This document shows, piece after piece, positions 12,285-25,500 of a stretch of DNA of 64,000 bases. The position numbers were made by a program, and so were the translations under genes. Every line of letters begins with the position of its first letter. Positions within the stretch are counted from its first letter, which is position 1. The DNA is from Macrostomum lignano (Eukaryota), in contig NIVC01003842.1 in assembly GCA_002269645.1 (NCBI GenBank), positions 1-64,000 of the forward strand. Direction: 5' to 3'. The notes below the pieces were generated by a model. The model was not told the DNA's origin. It did no database searches and saw only the letters and a program-made list of their open reading frames with translations.

Positions 12285-14590
12285 GATAGATTACAGGTGT
12301 ACATGATAGATCACAGGTGTACATGATAGATCACAGGTGTACATGATAGATCACAGGTGTACATGATAGATCACAGGTGTACATGATAGATCACAGGTGT
12401 ACTGATTGATAGATGGTGTGACCGCAATCGCAGATGTACATGATAGATCATAGGTGCACATGATAGATCACAGGTGTACATGATAGATCACAGGTGTACA
12501 TGATAGATCACAGGTGTACATGATAGATCACAGGTGTACATGATAGATCACAGGTGTACATGATAGATCACAGGTGTACTGATTGATAGATGGTGTGACC
12601 GCAATCGCAGATGTACATGATAGATCATAGGTGCACATGATAGATCACAGGTGTACATGATAGATCATAGGTGTACATGATAGATCACAGGTGTACACGA
12701 TAGGTCACAGGTGTACACGATAGATCACAGGTGTACATGATAGATCACAGGTGTACATGATAGATCACAGGTGTACATGATAGATCACAGGTGTACATGA
12801 TAGATCACAGGTGTACATGATAGATCACAGGTGTACATGATAGATCACAGGTGTACATGATAGATCACAGGTGCACATGATAGATCACAGGTGTACATGA
12901 TAGATCACAGGTGTACATGATAGATCACAGGTGTACATGATAGATCACAGGTGTACATGATAGATCACAGGTGTACATGATAGATCACAGAAGTACATGA
13001 TAGATCACAGGTGTACATGATAGATCACAGGTGTACATGATAGATCACAGGTGTACATGATAGATCACAGGTGTACATGATAGAGCACAGGTGTACATGA
13101 TAGATCACAGGTGTACATGATAGATCACAGGTGTACACGATAGATCACAGGTGCACATGATAGATCATAGGTGTACATGATAGATCATAGGTGTACATGA
13201 TAGATCACAGGTGTACACAATAGATCACAGGTGTACACGATAGATCACAGGTGCACATGATAGATCATAGGTGCACATGATAGATCACAAGTGCACATGA
13301 TAGATCAGAGATGTACATGATAGATCATAGGTGTACATGATAGATCACAGGTGCACATGATAGATCACAGGTGCACATGATAGATCAGAGATGTACATGA
13401 TAGATCACAGGTGTACACGATAGATCACAGGTGTACACGATAGATCACAGATGTACATGATAGAGCACAGGTGTACATGATAGATCACAGGTGTACATGA
13501 TAGATCACAGGTGTACATGATAGATCACAGGTGTACATGATAGATCACAGGTGCACATGATAGATCACAGGTGTACATGATAGATCACAGGTGCACATGA
13601 TAGATCAGAGATGTACATGATAGATCATAGGTGTACATGATAGATCACAGGTGCACATGATAGATCAGAGATGTACATGATAGATCACAGGTGTACATGA
13701 TAGATCAGAGATGTACATGATAGATCATAGGTGAACATGATAGATCACAGGTGAACATGATAGATCACAGGTGTACACGATAGATCACAGGTGCACATGA
13801 TAGATCACAGGTGAACATGATAGATCACAGGTATACATGATAGATCACAGAAGTACATGATAGATCACAGGTGTACATGATAGATCACAGAAGTACATGA
13901 TAGATCACAGGTGTACATGATAGATCACAGGTGTACATGATAGATCACAGGTGTACATGATAGATCACAGGTGTACATGATAGATCACAGGTGCACATGA
14001 TAGATCACAGGTGTACACGATAGATCACAGGTGTACACGATAGATCACAGGTGTACACGATAGATCACAGGTGCACATGATCGATCACAGATGTACATGA
14101 TAGATCATAGGTGTACATGATAGATCACAGGTGTACATGATAGATCACAGGTGTACATGATAGATCACAGGTGTACATGATAGATCAGAGATGTACATGA
14201 TAGATCACAGGTGTACACGATAGATCACAGGTGTACATGATAGATCACAGGTGTACATGATAGATCACAGATGTACATGATAGATCACAGGTGTACATGA
14301 TAGATCACAGATGTACATGATAGATCATAGGTGTACATGATAGATCATAGGTGTACATGATAGATCACAGGTGTACATGATAGATCACAGGTGTACATGA
14401 TAGATCAGAGATGTACATGATAGATCACAGGTGTACACGATAGATCACAGGTGCACACGATAGATCATAGGTGTACACGATAGATCACAGGTGCACATGA
14501 TCGATCACAGATGTACATGATAGATCACAGGTGAACATGATAGATCACAGGTATACTGATTGATAGCTGGTGTGACCGCAATCGCAGGGT
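12285..14590 (+). repeat. 20-bp minisatellite ACAGGTGTACATGATAGATC, over 100 copies
   Basis: Directly visible. Interrupting motif TGATTGATAG(A/C)TGGTGTGACCGCAATCGCAG at about 12403, 12580 and 14557. Confidence 0.98.
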
Positions 14591-15110
14591 GTATCAATAG
14601 ACGCTGGACCACAATTCAATTCTGGCACAAAGTACCACCCCGGAATCGAATTCAGATATGCCACTCATCCAATAAAAAGAATTTCACAAAAGCCAAAACT
14701 AAGGATTTGGTTCCGACTGAGTAAGACTGCCTCTGGCTCAAGTCTATAAATTGCAATAAAAAAGTTGAAGAGTCTTGTCGATCAGTAACTGTGCGACAAA
14801 GCTGAATCACTTTTTGAAAAGATTTTTTATGACTCTGGCAAAGCATCTTTCACAGCTTAACTAACCATGAATGTTAGCTGCGGCACCTGCTGATGCCAAT
14901 CTTATTTTGCCTCTGCTGGGCTGAAGATCAAGAAATTTTAGTGCAAAGGTGATTTTTAAAGAGGCTGGGCAACTGTCTACACATGGGTTGGGATTTCCAG
15001 GCAACTGTAGACGATCCTTTACCATTTGCTTGCTAAATTTGTGTCCTCCTATGTAGAAAGCAAGTTTAGTTGTGTATTTTTTATTATTGGTCAAACTTAA
15101 TTTAGACAGG

Positions 15111-15926
15111 TGAGAGTCAGGAGAGAACCCTGACATGATGATATCCGAATGAGAGTCAGGAGAGAACCCTGACATGATGATATCTGAATGAGAGTCAGGA
15201 GAGAATCCTGAGATGATGATATCCGAATGAGAGTCAGAGAATCCTGACATGATGATATCCGAATGAGAGTCAGGAGAGAACCCTGACATGATGATATCTG
15301 AATGAGAGTCAGGAGAGAATCCTGAGATGATGATATCCGAATGAGAGTCAGAGAATCCTGACATGATGATATCCGAATGAGAGTCAGGAGAGAATCCTCA
15401 GATAATGAGAGTCAGGAGAGAATCCTCACATCCAAATGAGAGTCAGGAGAGAATCCTCAATTCCGAATGAGAGTCAGAGAATCCTGACATGATGATATCC
15501 GAATGAGAGTCAGGAGAATCCTGACATGATGATATCCGAATGAGAGTCAGAGAATCCTGACATGATGATATCCGAATGAGAGTCAGGAGAATCCTGACAT
15601 GATGATATCCGAATGAGAGTCAGAGAATCCTGACATGATGATATCCGAATGAGAGTCAGAGAATCCTGACATGATGATATCCGAATGAGAGTCAGAAAAT
15701 CCTGACATGATGATATCCGAATGAGAGTCAGGAGAGAATCCTGAGATGATGATATCCGAATGAGAGTCAGAGAATCCTGACATGATGATATCCGAATGAG
15801 AGTCAGAGAATCCTGACATGATGATATCCGAATGAGAGTCAGAAAATCCTGACATGATGATATCCGAATGAGAGTCAGAATCCTGAGATGATGATATCCG
15901 AATGAGAGTCAGCAGAGAATCCTGAG
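15111..15926 (-). repeat. 36/39-bp minisatellite (reads SDSHSDIIMSGF on the minus strand)
   Basis: About 22 copies, most with unit lengths divisible by three. Confidence 0.95.
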
Positions 15927-18169
15927 AATTTGAGTATGAATATGAGAAATCGCCTTCACCAAAAGCAGATCCCAAACTCAAAGCCCATATATCGTTAGAT
16001 AAGATTGATTATTAAACCAACATTGACAGACCAACCCACGCAGCTACATCAGATACATACAAGCCTCACAAGATTCTTCAGTCTGTCATCTGTCTTACAA
16101 ACTAGTGTACACTTCCGGTTGATCAATCGCACTACGGAAGGGATGGGAGAGAGAGAGGGGAGAATACCGGAAGCACCGACACGGGGGTTGGGAAAATTAG
16201 GATAATTATACGCAGCAGTCTTGGCAAGGATGAGTAGGGAGATTTGGGATAAAATCTCTGACAGGAAGCGAATTCCTTGTCCAACCTATGAACTGCTGCC
16301 GGCGTTACACTCGGCATCAGTCTGGCTTCCAAGTCTCCCTTTGTAGATTTTTGAGTCACTCATTGCGCTGCTCTGAGTCCTTTAGCTTTTGTATGAAGCC
16401 AATGATCCCCTATTTTCCCATTCTCCCCCCCCCCAATTCCAGAGCCAGGACTCGGCTCCTCTTCTCTGTTGGATGTTGGAGCAGAACAGAAAAAAAAGAC
16501 CTGCTCAACTGAAACGCAAAGCGTGAAACGATTTCAAAAAGAATGAATTTCGAATTTCAAAATCCTGCATGATTCGCTACTAAGAAGGAATTACAACAGA
16601 TCGGTGGGACTTCTAGAGAGTATCGGGACTGGAATCGATTCCTAGAAATCATACAGTAGTAAATGCCCTGGTATAGCTATTTCAATATGTATTCGTTTCG
16701 TAAAGAGTTACTGTGTAGTTAAATTAAGCTGCATAACTTCTATTTGTAGCTTTATAATAATAATACGATTTCTCTCACTCTTCCACTCTGCTTCGGGTCC
16801 CAAATTCCATCTAGTGTGTCTGCTTAGCCAGGGACTGCTCTAGAAATAGCAACATGGACTGGAAACAGAAAGTTTCTCTCCCTCTCATCTCATCTTCTGT
16901 CTCGTCTCATCTCTTCTATTATCTTCTCTTTCATCTTTTCTCTAATCCCATCTCTCATCTCCTCTCTCGTATCTCGTCTCTGCCTTCACCTCTCGTCTCA
17001 TCACTTGACTTACTTGACTTGACTTACATGTAATCTCATCTTTCCTCTTCTCTTTCTCATGAGCTGGATTCTTTGTCTGGCTCTTGAAGTAAAAAAATTC
17101 TCCAACCCCTTGTGTAAATAAGCAAAGAGCATGACACACCAGCTACTGCAGGGATCCGTGAGCGCGTCTTACACTAGCTTCCAGTCCAACAGTGATGTGA
17201 TACATCTATAGAAGTCCCTGGCCTAACTGAATGAGTTAGAATATGTTGATGCTCTGTCAGATTTTTTCCTACAGTGTTGGTAGTTGATAGAAAGTGTTGG
17301 ACCCGATGGAGACGCAGTGATATTTCTAAGCCAGAGGCAGCTCGGAGGCAAGCTGTAGCTGCAGGTAAGGAAAGAGTTGAAGAAAAAAGCAGAAAATCCG
17401 GGATCCAGATAGACAATAACACGCACCAGTAACCAGGATTTGTATAGCAAACTCATACAGACAGACTGCCTGCCTGCCTATATCTGCTTCATTGTCACCA
17501 ACAATAAATGATTAGTAATCGCATATCAACCATCGGATTTTATGCGTGGTATCATATTAGTAGTACATACCGGATGTACACAAGAGTTAGTCAAATCATT
17601 TAGGAGCACTTTAAAAACATTTCTCTCGGTAATGAATCAATACTGACAAAGTCGAAGACTCCAACTCAGGACTGCAAGCCAGATGAGAGAGGAGAGGGAA
17701 TAGAGGAGAGGCGAGAGACGAGAGAGAAGATAAGTGGAGAGATGGGAGTAGAGCTGAGAAGAGACAAGTCTTAAGCAGACCGGATTGCTATTGTGAAGTT
17801 TCAAAGGACTCGACCCGAGGGCCGGATTGAGAGGAGTTCGCCACGACCTCTGTTGTTGGAAGTATGCTCAGTCTACAAAGTTGTATAGAAAAATGGCCCT
17901 AGTCGTCAGAACTCCATTCCTTATCCTAAGAAAGTCAATGTCACGTGATACGCAATCGAACGAGAATAAATGAAGTGAATCTGCTTATAAAGCCGTTTCG
18001 GAAATACGACAATTAGAAAGGATGTTCTCGAATGAGTCCCAAATCGGCTAGGGATTTGTAATTTGTAATTTTTTAACGATCGAAGTAAAATCAACGTCAC
18101 AATCGGTAAGCAGTCATGCGAGCACGAGCACGAACAGGGTGTACTGCAGCCAATTGACATTGTCAGGCA

Positions 18170-18340
18170 GTAGTGTACACCTCTCAATGCCTTGAACCCT
18201 TGGAGGTTGGCCCCTCATGGGCGTGAACCGCAGGACAATTTTCTTGGACAAGCCTCAAATTAATGTGGTCGAGCACGGAATCGAACCCGAGTTCGTGGGC
18301 ACGAGAGTTGGGCGCGTTCACCGCTGAGCTGTACTGGCCC
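18170..18340 (-). mobile_element. tRNA-derived SINE-like element
   Basis: Minus strand 18340-18266 reads GGCCAGTACAGCTCAGCGGTGAAC...GGTTCGATTCC (A and B boxes), but the acceptor and anticodon stems do not pair. The 3' boundary is approximate. Confidence 0.6.
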
Positions 18341-21231
18341 TTGAGGAAAGTCTGACTAACTACGCTCCTACTAACTACGCTCCTCCGGATACACACTTCG
18401 GCCCGAGGGTCAACACCCAGCCATGCGAGACGTCACGCGAATATGTTAAACCTGGCACACGCAACCTCTCCTTTCCCTGCTCACTCTACTCTCTCTCTTT
18501 AACCAAGTTCCCGCCCGTGTTTTTCTCGATTGATCCCAATTTGTCCCCGCGGATCGAGTCAACTCGAGTGCCGGCATCCACACGCCATGAAGCCTCGTCA
18601 ACCATCCAGCGACGCGCACACACACAAAATCACGGACACGCAAGTGGCTGCTCGAAGCCAAAAGCCGAAGTCTCACTGTGTCCCCCGGCGGTGCGCACGT
18701 GTTTCGTGTCACCCCGGACTAATTCTATCAATTAAAGCGAAACCATGCCAACACAGACCCAGTTGACTCGATCTGGGCGGGGCCTCGGCATAGGGTCCGA
18801 ACGCAATTGCATATATCGAGTGAGGTCAGGGAGCTCTCTCTCATTAAGAAGAAGAATTTCTGAGTTTTAATCTGACTTGAAGGGACTGAGGCTTAGGATT
18901 TTTCTTTTTTGGTTCTTTTCTCTCTCTGCTCTTGTCAGCCTGCAGTGAGGAGGCTCCGATCCCTTGCGGTGAAGGAGCACTGATCGCATGGGGAATACAG
19001 TATATTAGAGCCTGCTCTAATGCTGGATCACCGATTAGATGACTGTTTATGGCTCTTTATTTTAACACTTCAGTAAAAGAGCGGGGAAAGAGCCAAAATA
19101 CACTACGAAATATATTGTTAACGAAATCCGTATTTTTACAACGAGTAAATAAAGCTTTTTAAAACAGCAATGAATTAATAAAAACAAGCATGTCATACTA
19201 CTTGCAATTGTTATTCTTCTTATAGGCAATAAAGTGACAGTACGCTCGGAACAACAAATTACTGCAAGCACTGGTATGACGGCTCATCAGAATTCCTGCT
19301 CCTGTACTGTACTTACTACTAGCAGTAGGAATGTCATTTTCTTATTCCCTTTTTCTTCTCCGTTATTTCTTTCCCTCGGGCGTCTCCCAGGTCTCCATCT
19401 ATAAATATTCCTCTCATGCCTTTTTCTTTGTCACCAGATGGTCAAGGTATTCGGCAGCCGCCATCTGGTATGCGGGCCTGCGGGTCAACGAGTACAGGCG
19501 CCACATTTTCATTCTGCGATTCGCAATGCCAGCTCAGATGAGCAGCTAAGTTGAAGGTGATGGCTACAGTGGATAGAATGGCCAAGCAGTACACAGCTGA
19601 CCAATCAATCAATCACCTTGAACCAGAATTCAAGCCATTCGTGTACTTTAGTGCTGACTCAGGCATAGAAGAGGCTTACCTAGCATGTAAGACTTCACAT
19701 GTAAGTCTCAGGGGGGCTATGAATGCTCTACATCAGCGTTATTGGAGAGTTTGTAGTCACATTAATGACCAGAAGCTTGCATATAATAGGAATTTGTTGA
19801 TGTGATAGACTCGCAGCAAATGCTTCTAGGGGGTGATGGTACATACGGTAGGCACAGAGAAAAACTGCTTGAGCAATAACCCTGCCCCGCTCAAACTCTC
19901 TGCATTGCTCTGCATTTTGTCAACTGACCTGCTTTGCTTGCTTGACTATAAAATACACTGCCTTGAATAGTTTGCAGAAAGGCTGCGGTTTGCTCTATAG
20001 GCTTGCCTTGAGCAAACCGGCTTTAGTGCCCAAGCGCGTGTTGTTTAGGTGGGCGCCCACCCCTCCGCGCAGTTGTTTTTTTGAATAGTTTGCAGAACAG
20101 ATAATTCTGAGATGTGGGCCTCACACTCGTAATAGGGCCTTTGGAGGTCAGTGTGTTAGAACATCTTTCTGGCCTGTGAGCAGAAGTTAGCAGGAAATAA
20201 AACCTGTTAAAGCATACTGTATACAAAGCTTTGATAATGGAAAGATTCGTTTTTCTAAGTGGGCCAGAAGTAGGCAATGGGTACGCGGTGGAGTGAGTTT
20301 AGTCCAATAGCCCCCCTCCCCCCAACCTTTCAGTTGCTTTTCATTTGCCAGGTAAAATAGAACTACAATAGAACTAACTAGCTAGTCTTATTTGGATAGT
20401 AGCTAGTTGTTGCAATTCGAAGGCCAGGGAGACACAATAGTGGGGTACTCAGCAGATTTCACGCAAGCAACCCCGTAGTCCAATTCGCCGAAGAAGACAG
20501 ACAGACGTAAACAGTTTGCCAGTTACTATGACGACGGAGGAGAGACAGTAAGAAGAGCTCTATAAGAATTCAGTAAACCGCAGCGAAATAAGCGCCATCG
20601 GGGCGAAACGCAGCCCTCAAAACACAGCGACTGTTCTTGCTGCCAAACTGCATCACTTCAACAGGTGCGCAAGCAAGCTGCCAGTTTTCTACTGTCATTT
20701 TTGCTCATTCTCCTTGTATGTAACAACAAGCCCTCTGACTTGGACCAGCTAAACAGAAAGTAAGTCGAGAGCTGACTATAATAGCTGATATATTGCTTCT
20801 ATAAATCTATAGAAACACCTAATATAATTTAGTTCAGTACCATCCTGATCTACCTTTTCCACTTAGATACCTGCATGAAACGTTGTATTTTTTAATTGAA
20901 GTTATTTAGCAAATTTGTATGTCACTTTTGATGGTGCTTACAATGTTTCACTTCTGTTTTATGAATATATCAGAAGCAACCAGTGTTCCTAATCTGTTTA
21001 TAGACTGTAGTAAATTAATTATTACAACTACGAGTACTACGACTCAGAATTTAAGCTTTTACTCAATAGAAACCAAAGCAGAAACAAACAGGAAATACTG
21101 CCGAGGTTTTACTTATGGAAAAGTGTTAAAATGCTCTACTTAATTAAGACATTGACTGAGTCTTAGTCTCATTGCTTCTATTGTGTCCTATAACACGACT
21201 GCAAACATCAGTAGACTGAGGAAACACTAGA

Positions 21232-21347
21232 GGGGTCGTACTATAAAGCTGTCGTAGCGTAAGTTCGAACGTACGTCGGAACTTTTACACTGCGGAGATA
21301 GGAGCTAAGAACGATCTTATCTTACGATGGCTTTATAGAACGGGCCC
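21232..21347. mobile_element. 116-bp MITE, PIF/Harbinger-like
   Basis: Imperfect 18-bp TIRs GGGGTCGTACTATAAAGC / GCTTTATAGAACGGGCCC flanked by a 3-bp direct repeat AGA. Confidence 0.6.
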
Positions 21348-22562
21348 AGAGGTTTTATTTCAACGCTGGCTTACTTTCTTTTCCAATCTATATTTTTGCA
21401 GAGCAGCACATACTGCAAAGGAACTCCAGCGCACAAGATTCTCGGCATCGAGCCGCTGTAAAAGCGTGACTATTGTTAAACAGCAGTTGCAGCTCAGCAC
21501 ATTAGCGGAAACGGCTAAGTGGTGAGTAGCAAACTGAGTTATTATAATTATGCTTCTACCAACACTTACCTATAAAACCTAATTATCGACCTGACTTATA
21601 GTCTATTTGTCGTAATTCTACTTCAAGTAGTCTCTTCATTTCCCAATTTCCTTTCCCGTTCCTTCGTCTCGCTCTTTTCTGGTCTTGTGAAATTTTTCCT
21701 CATATATCATTGATAGTAGTGGCGTAGATAGAAAGCTTATTTTGCCTTATTTAAACCAAGTCTACTTCAAGTACGCACTTACGCACTAATAATACATTAA
21801 ATATAAATAATCTATACTTGAAGATATAATACAATATAATATCTTCTTGGGGAAATCAAAGAATGCCACCGCATCAGCTCAGCCGATCTCTTCCAGCAGT
21901 CTCTATCAGCACGTGTCAATGGTAAAATGCAACTTTTGCGTATACTGTAAAAGAAGTTAGCAACTGTCGAGCTGCTAAGAAGCAAGCAAACCCCGAGCTG
22001 TCGAGTGCACATGACACTGTTGGTGGTGGTGACGGTGGTTGCTAAACTTTTCGACGATGTGATTTTTCGAGCTTATGACTTTTCGAGCTTGTGATGGTGG
22101 ATGCTTTTCGACGATGTGATTTTTCGAGCTTGTGATGGCCCCCAAACTGTTGACAGGCCAATGTCATACGGCTGTGCGAAGTTCGAAGTTTATGAAATGA
22201 AGGGCCAGTTTGTCTTTAATCTGCTTCAAGGTCAGCTTAGGGTTTTCTTCGGCACAAGCTATGAAGAATTGGATCATTCCTGGGGTCAATTTGGTGTGCT
22301 TTTTACCTCCTGAGGGGAGTCTGGAGGGGAAGGAGGGGAGGACGAACAGAATCTGGTAGCGAACTAACAGGCCTGATAGTGAGCGGCTAAGTTGTTAAAT
22401 TTGTTTCAAAAAAGAGAATAGCAAAACTCTCTAATATGTGCAGTCGGGGAATAGGGGAAGAAAACTAAGGGATAGAGAGAAGATTGGGAGACCGCCAAGT
22501 CATTTTAACCCAAAGAACTAAATTCCGACTTTTTTCATACCTTGCAGTCGTGGCCGCTTGTC

Positions 22563-25500
22563 ATGAGCGATTCATCATCAACAGCCAAGGCGGAGCTGAT
22601 GGATGACGAGAAGCTAAAAGAAAATGCAGAGCAGGAAAAGAAAGAAAAGGAAGAGAAAGAAAAGAAAGAAAAGAAAGAAAAGGAAGAGAAAGACGAGAGG
22701 GAAAAGCAGGCTGCAAAGGATTTTGTAGCCGCCAAAGAGAAAGAGGCCATTGAAAGGCACACAGAAGAGTCACGGGCATTGAAAGCCGTAGAAAAGCATG
22801 CTGAGCAAGCGGCAGCAGGCGAGGGGAATCAAAAGCCGGAAGATAATTCAGAAGCTCAGAAAAAGCTGAACTCAGGCCAGCAAATGCTAGAGCAGAATCA
22901 ACAGCAGCGGCAACAATTGACTCGACCCCTATCAGACACTGAAGTAGTTAAAGTCCTATCCAGTGCTGCAGACGGAGTTGCTTTAAAAGGTTCGTACTTC
23001 CTCGAGGGTCAATGGGTTCGACGAAAGCGTCAGCTCATGGAGATCTGCGAACCATTATCATTTACTCCATCAGACCTGAGTGAAAGCTTTGATGAGGAAT
23101 TCTCCACACAGAAGCAGCTGGACAACTTCAGCTCGTCTTTGACTACAGGGGAGCTGAAAGTTGGAATGCAAGCAGATGTCAATGTTGGACTTTCCGCAAC
23201 TAAAGCGAAAGCAGATGCCCCATATTGTAAAGAAGACTCTCGGGGCGCAGAGAAGCACAAAACGAGCTGCTTCATCTCCCGTTGCCGTGTTCACACCCAG
23301 GCAGCTGGCGCATGCAATTTAAAGCTGTCTCAGCTTCGACTTTCAGCAGAAGCCATAGAGGAGCTGAGGAAGATAGATAAAGAACTCAATCTGAAAGGCA
23401 ATGCTGACAGCTCGATTGAAATTTTTTTCTCCCAGTTTGGCAGCCATGTAACATGCGGAACAGTGTATTTTGGGACCCTGTTCGTTACAACTGCTGAGTA
23501 CAAGAGCGAGATATTGGAGGAAGCTGAAACGTACAGGAAACTTGTGAGAATGAAATTAGATGCATCTTTTGCAACTGCTTTTGGACCCCGGGTTGGTGTT
23601 GGAGCGCATGGCAGACTTGCAAAGGGAAGATCTACAAATCGAGAGTGTTCAAGCGATCAAAGAATGGAAAATATTGTTATAAAAAGCACCGAAAGAGGCA
23701 GCGGTGGCAGTGTTGAAGAGCCCCAAAAATTTGCTATCATCACAAAGGGCTTTCAACATGGAGCTTGGAACTTAATAAAGCTTCATCACAAGAGTGAGTT
23801 CCACAACCCTTCAGCTCTGTCACAAGCACTTAAGTCCTTTTGGGAATCCCTTACTGGTCTTCGCGACGAGACAGTGGATGAGGAATGCTCTGAAGCAATC
23901 GAATCAGCAGATGAATTCGTTAAAGAAGTCTGCAGCGTCATCAGCAACTCAGGCCAAATTCAAACTCTGAAGCAGTGGGAGGATCGCTTGAGAACTGTGT
24001 GCGACAAGCTGGAACGAATTGAGCAGCTCACAGTTCCTGATCGCAGAGGTGAAGGCTGGGTGCACTTACAAAGCGTCCAGCAGTTTCTTGAAGCATTCTG
24101 CTCGGAAGAGCATGATCTGGATTGCTTTGAAGGAGAAGCCATCAAAAAGCAATTGAAGCGCCTGATTGAGCTGTCGGGAAGCAAAGAGTTTCCGAAAAAA
24201 GAAAAGATTGTCTGCCTATTGCAGAAAGAATCTGTAAAACCGAAGTACACTCCTTTGAGTGATATGCGAATCACAACACCGGAACAACTATTAGATGCTA
24301 TCCGCAGCCGAACGCTACCAGACATGCAAAGAGAGATCAGCAAGTCGGGTTGTGATGAAGTAAAAGTGTTACAACTTGTTCGGCAAGACCTCACAGCTGC
24401 AGTGAGACATTTGCTCAAGCATCTAAGAGCAGAAGCCGATCAAAAAAGAGCACTGTTTTTGACACTTTTGGCTCTTCTAAAAGCGTCGTTTCAGCTTGAA
24501 AACGAAGAATTCGAGTTGCTACTCACTCGAGAAAAGATTGAAGCAATGGCTAAAAACCTTGATGAAATGATTCAGAAACTCAGGAAACTTGAAAACACTG
24601 GAGAGCCACAATTCATTGATTGTCAGTTGTTAAAAATTCTGATCCTAAACGAAGGAGGTAAATGGAGTTCTAGTGAAAGTGTTATGAGCCTGTTGAACCA
24701 TGTTGATTGGACTCCGGCAGTGCGACAGGCGGTAGAGAGTTTCAAGACGTCTAAAGACTGGAATAGTTTAAGTGAAGAAGTGAATGGACTATTGACAGAC
24801 TTCACCACGAATGGAAAACTGCTGCGGCTCACCTTTGCTGTAGACGAACCCTCGCAGAATTCGATTGAGGTGCCATCCACAGAGTTTCTGGAAATGACAC
24901 GAAATTCTCTCACAGAAGACCAGAAAACACTTTTCAGGACTTTAAATCTAACAGAGCGCTTTCCGGACAAGATTATTCTCCGTGAAGTCATGAAGCTTCA
25001 GGATGAGAGTCAAGATTCGCCAAACCATATGGAAGATATTGCTTATAGAATATTGAAAGCAGTTATTATGACTAACTATAAATCGGTGAGGAATTTTTCA
25101 AATCCTACTTCTACATCCTCGTCACCTTCTGCAGCATCTGCAGCGAAAAATAACGGTTCGTCTAATGACGGGGACAGCCCAGAAGCTGAGGAATTGGAGG
25201 TCTCACCATTTCCTTCGGATGTTTTTCTTGCCTGTTTTCTTTGCTGCGATGCCAGGCTAAAGCAGCTGATAGCAGAGAAGCTTTTTGACTGCAAGATGGC
25301 TGTTCCCATAGCTTGGAGTGCTGCAGAAGGTGTGCAGCTGTTCACCTGGCCTCTCAGATCATGCGTTCTCAACTACAACGACCAGGGTGAAGTCAATGTT
25401 CAGAAGCATATGATTTCTGATTCTTTTCGTGTGATATCTGTACTTAGGCTTGGCATTAGCACGGTCTCTAAGTCTGAGATCATCAACAAGTGCATCGATG

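Noticed and set aside
14990-15100. GIY-YIG/Penelope endonuclease (AFYIGG)
   Set aside because: Only the tripeptide matches. No upstream GIY-like motif, downstream Arg/His pattern or reverse transcriptase was found.
18266-18340. Functional tRNA gene
   Set aside because: Pol III boxes are present but the cloverleaf stems do not pair. Treated as a SINE head, as was 48295-48365.
18546-18773. 13-bp inverted repeat GATCGAGTCAACT / AGTTGACTCGATC about 200 bp apart
   Set aside because: Short, no TSD and no other support for element boundaries.
19551-19805. piggyBac-like transposase fragment (VDRMAKQY...EEAYLACK)
   Set aside because: The resemblance is faint, and no catalytic motifs, TIRs or TTAA sites were identified. 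An HMM search would be needed.
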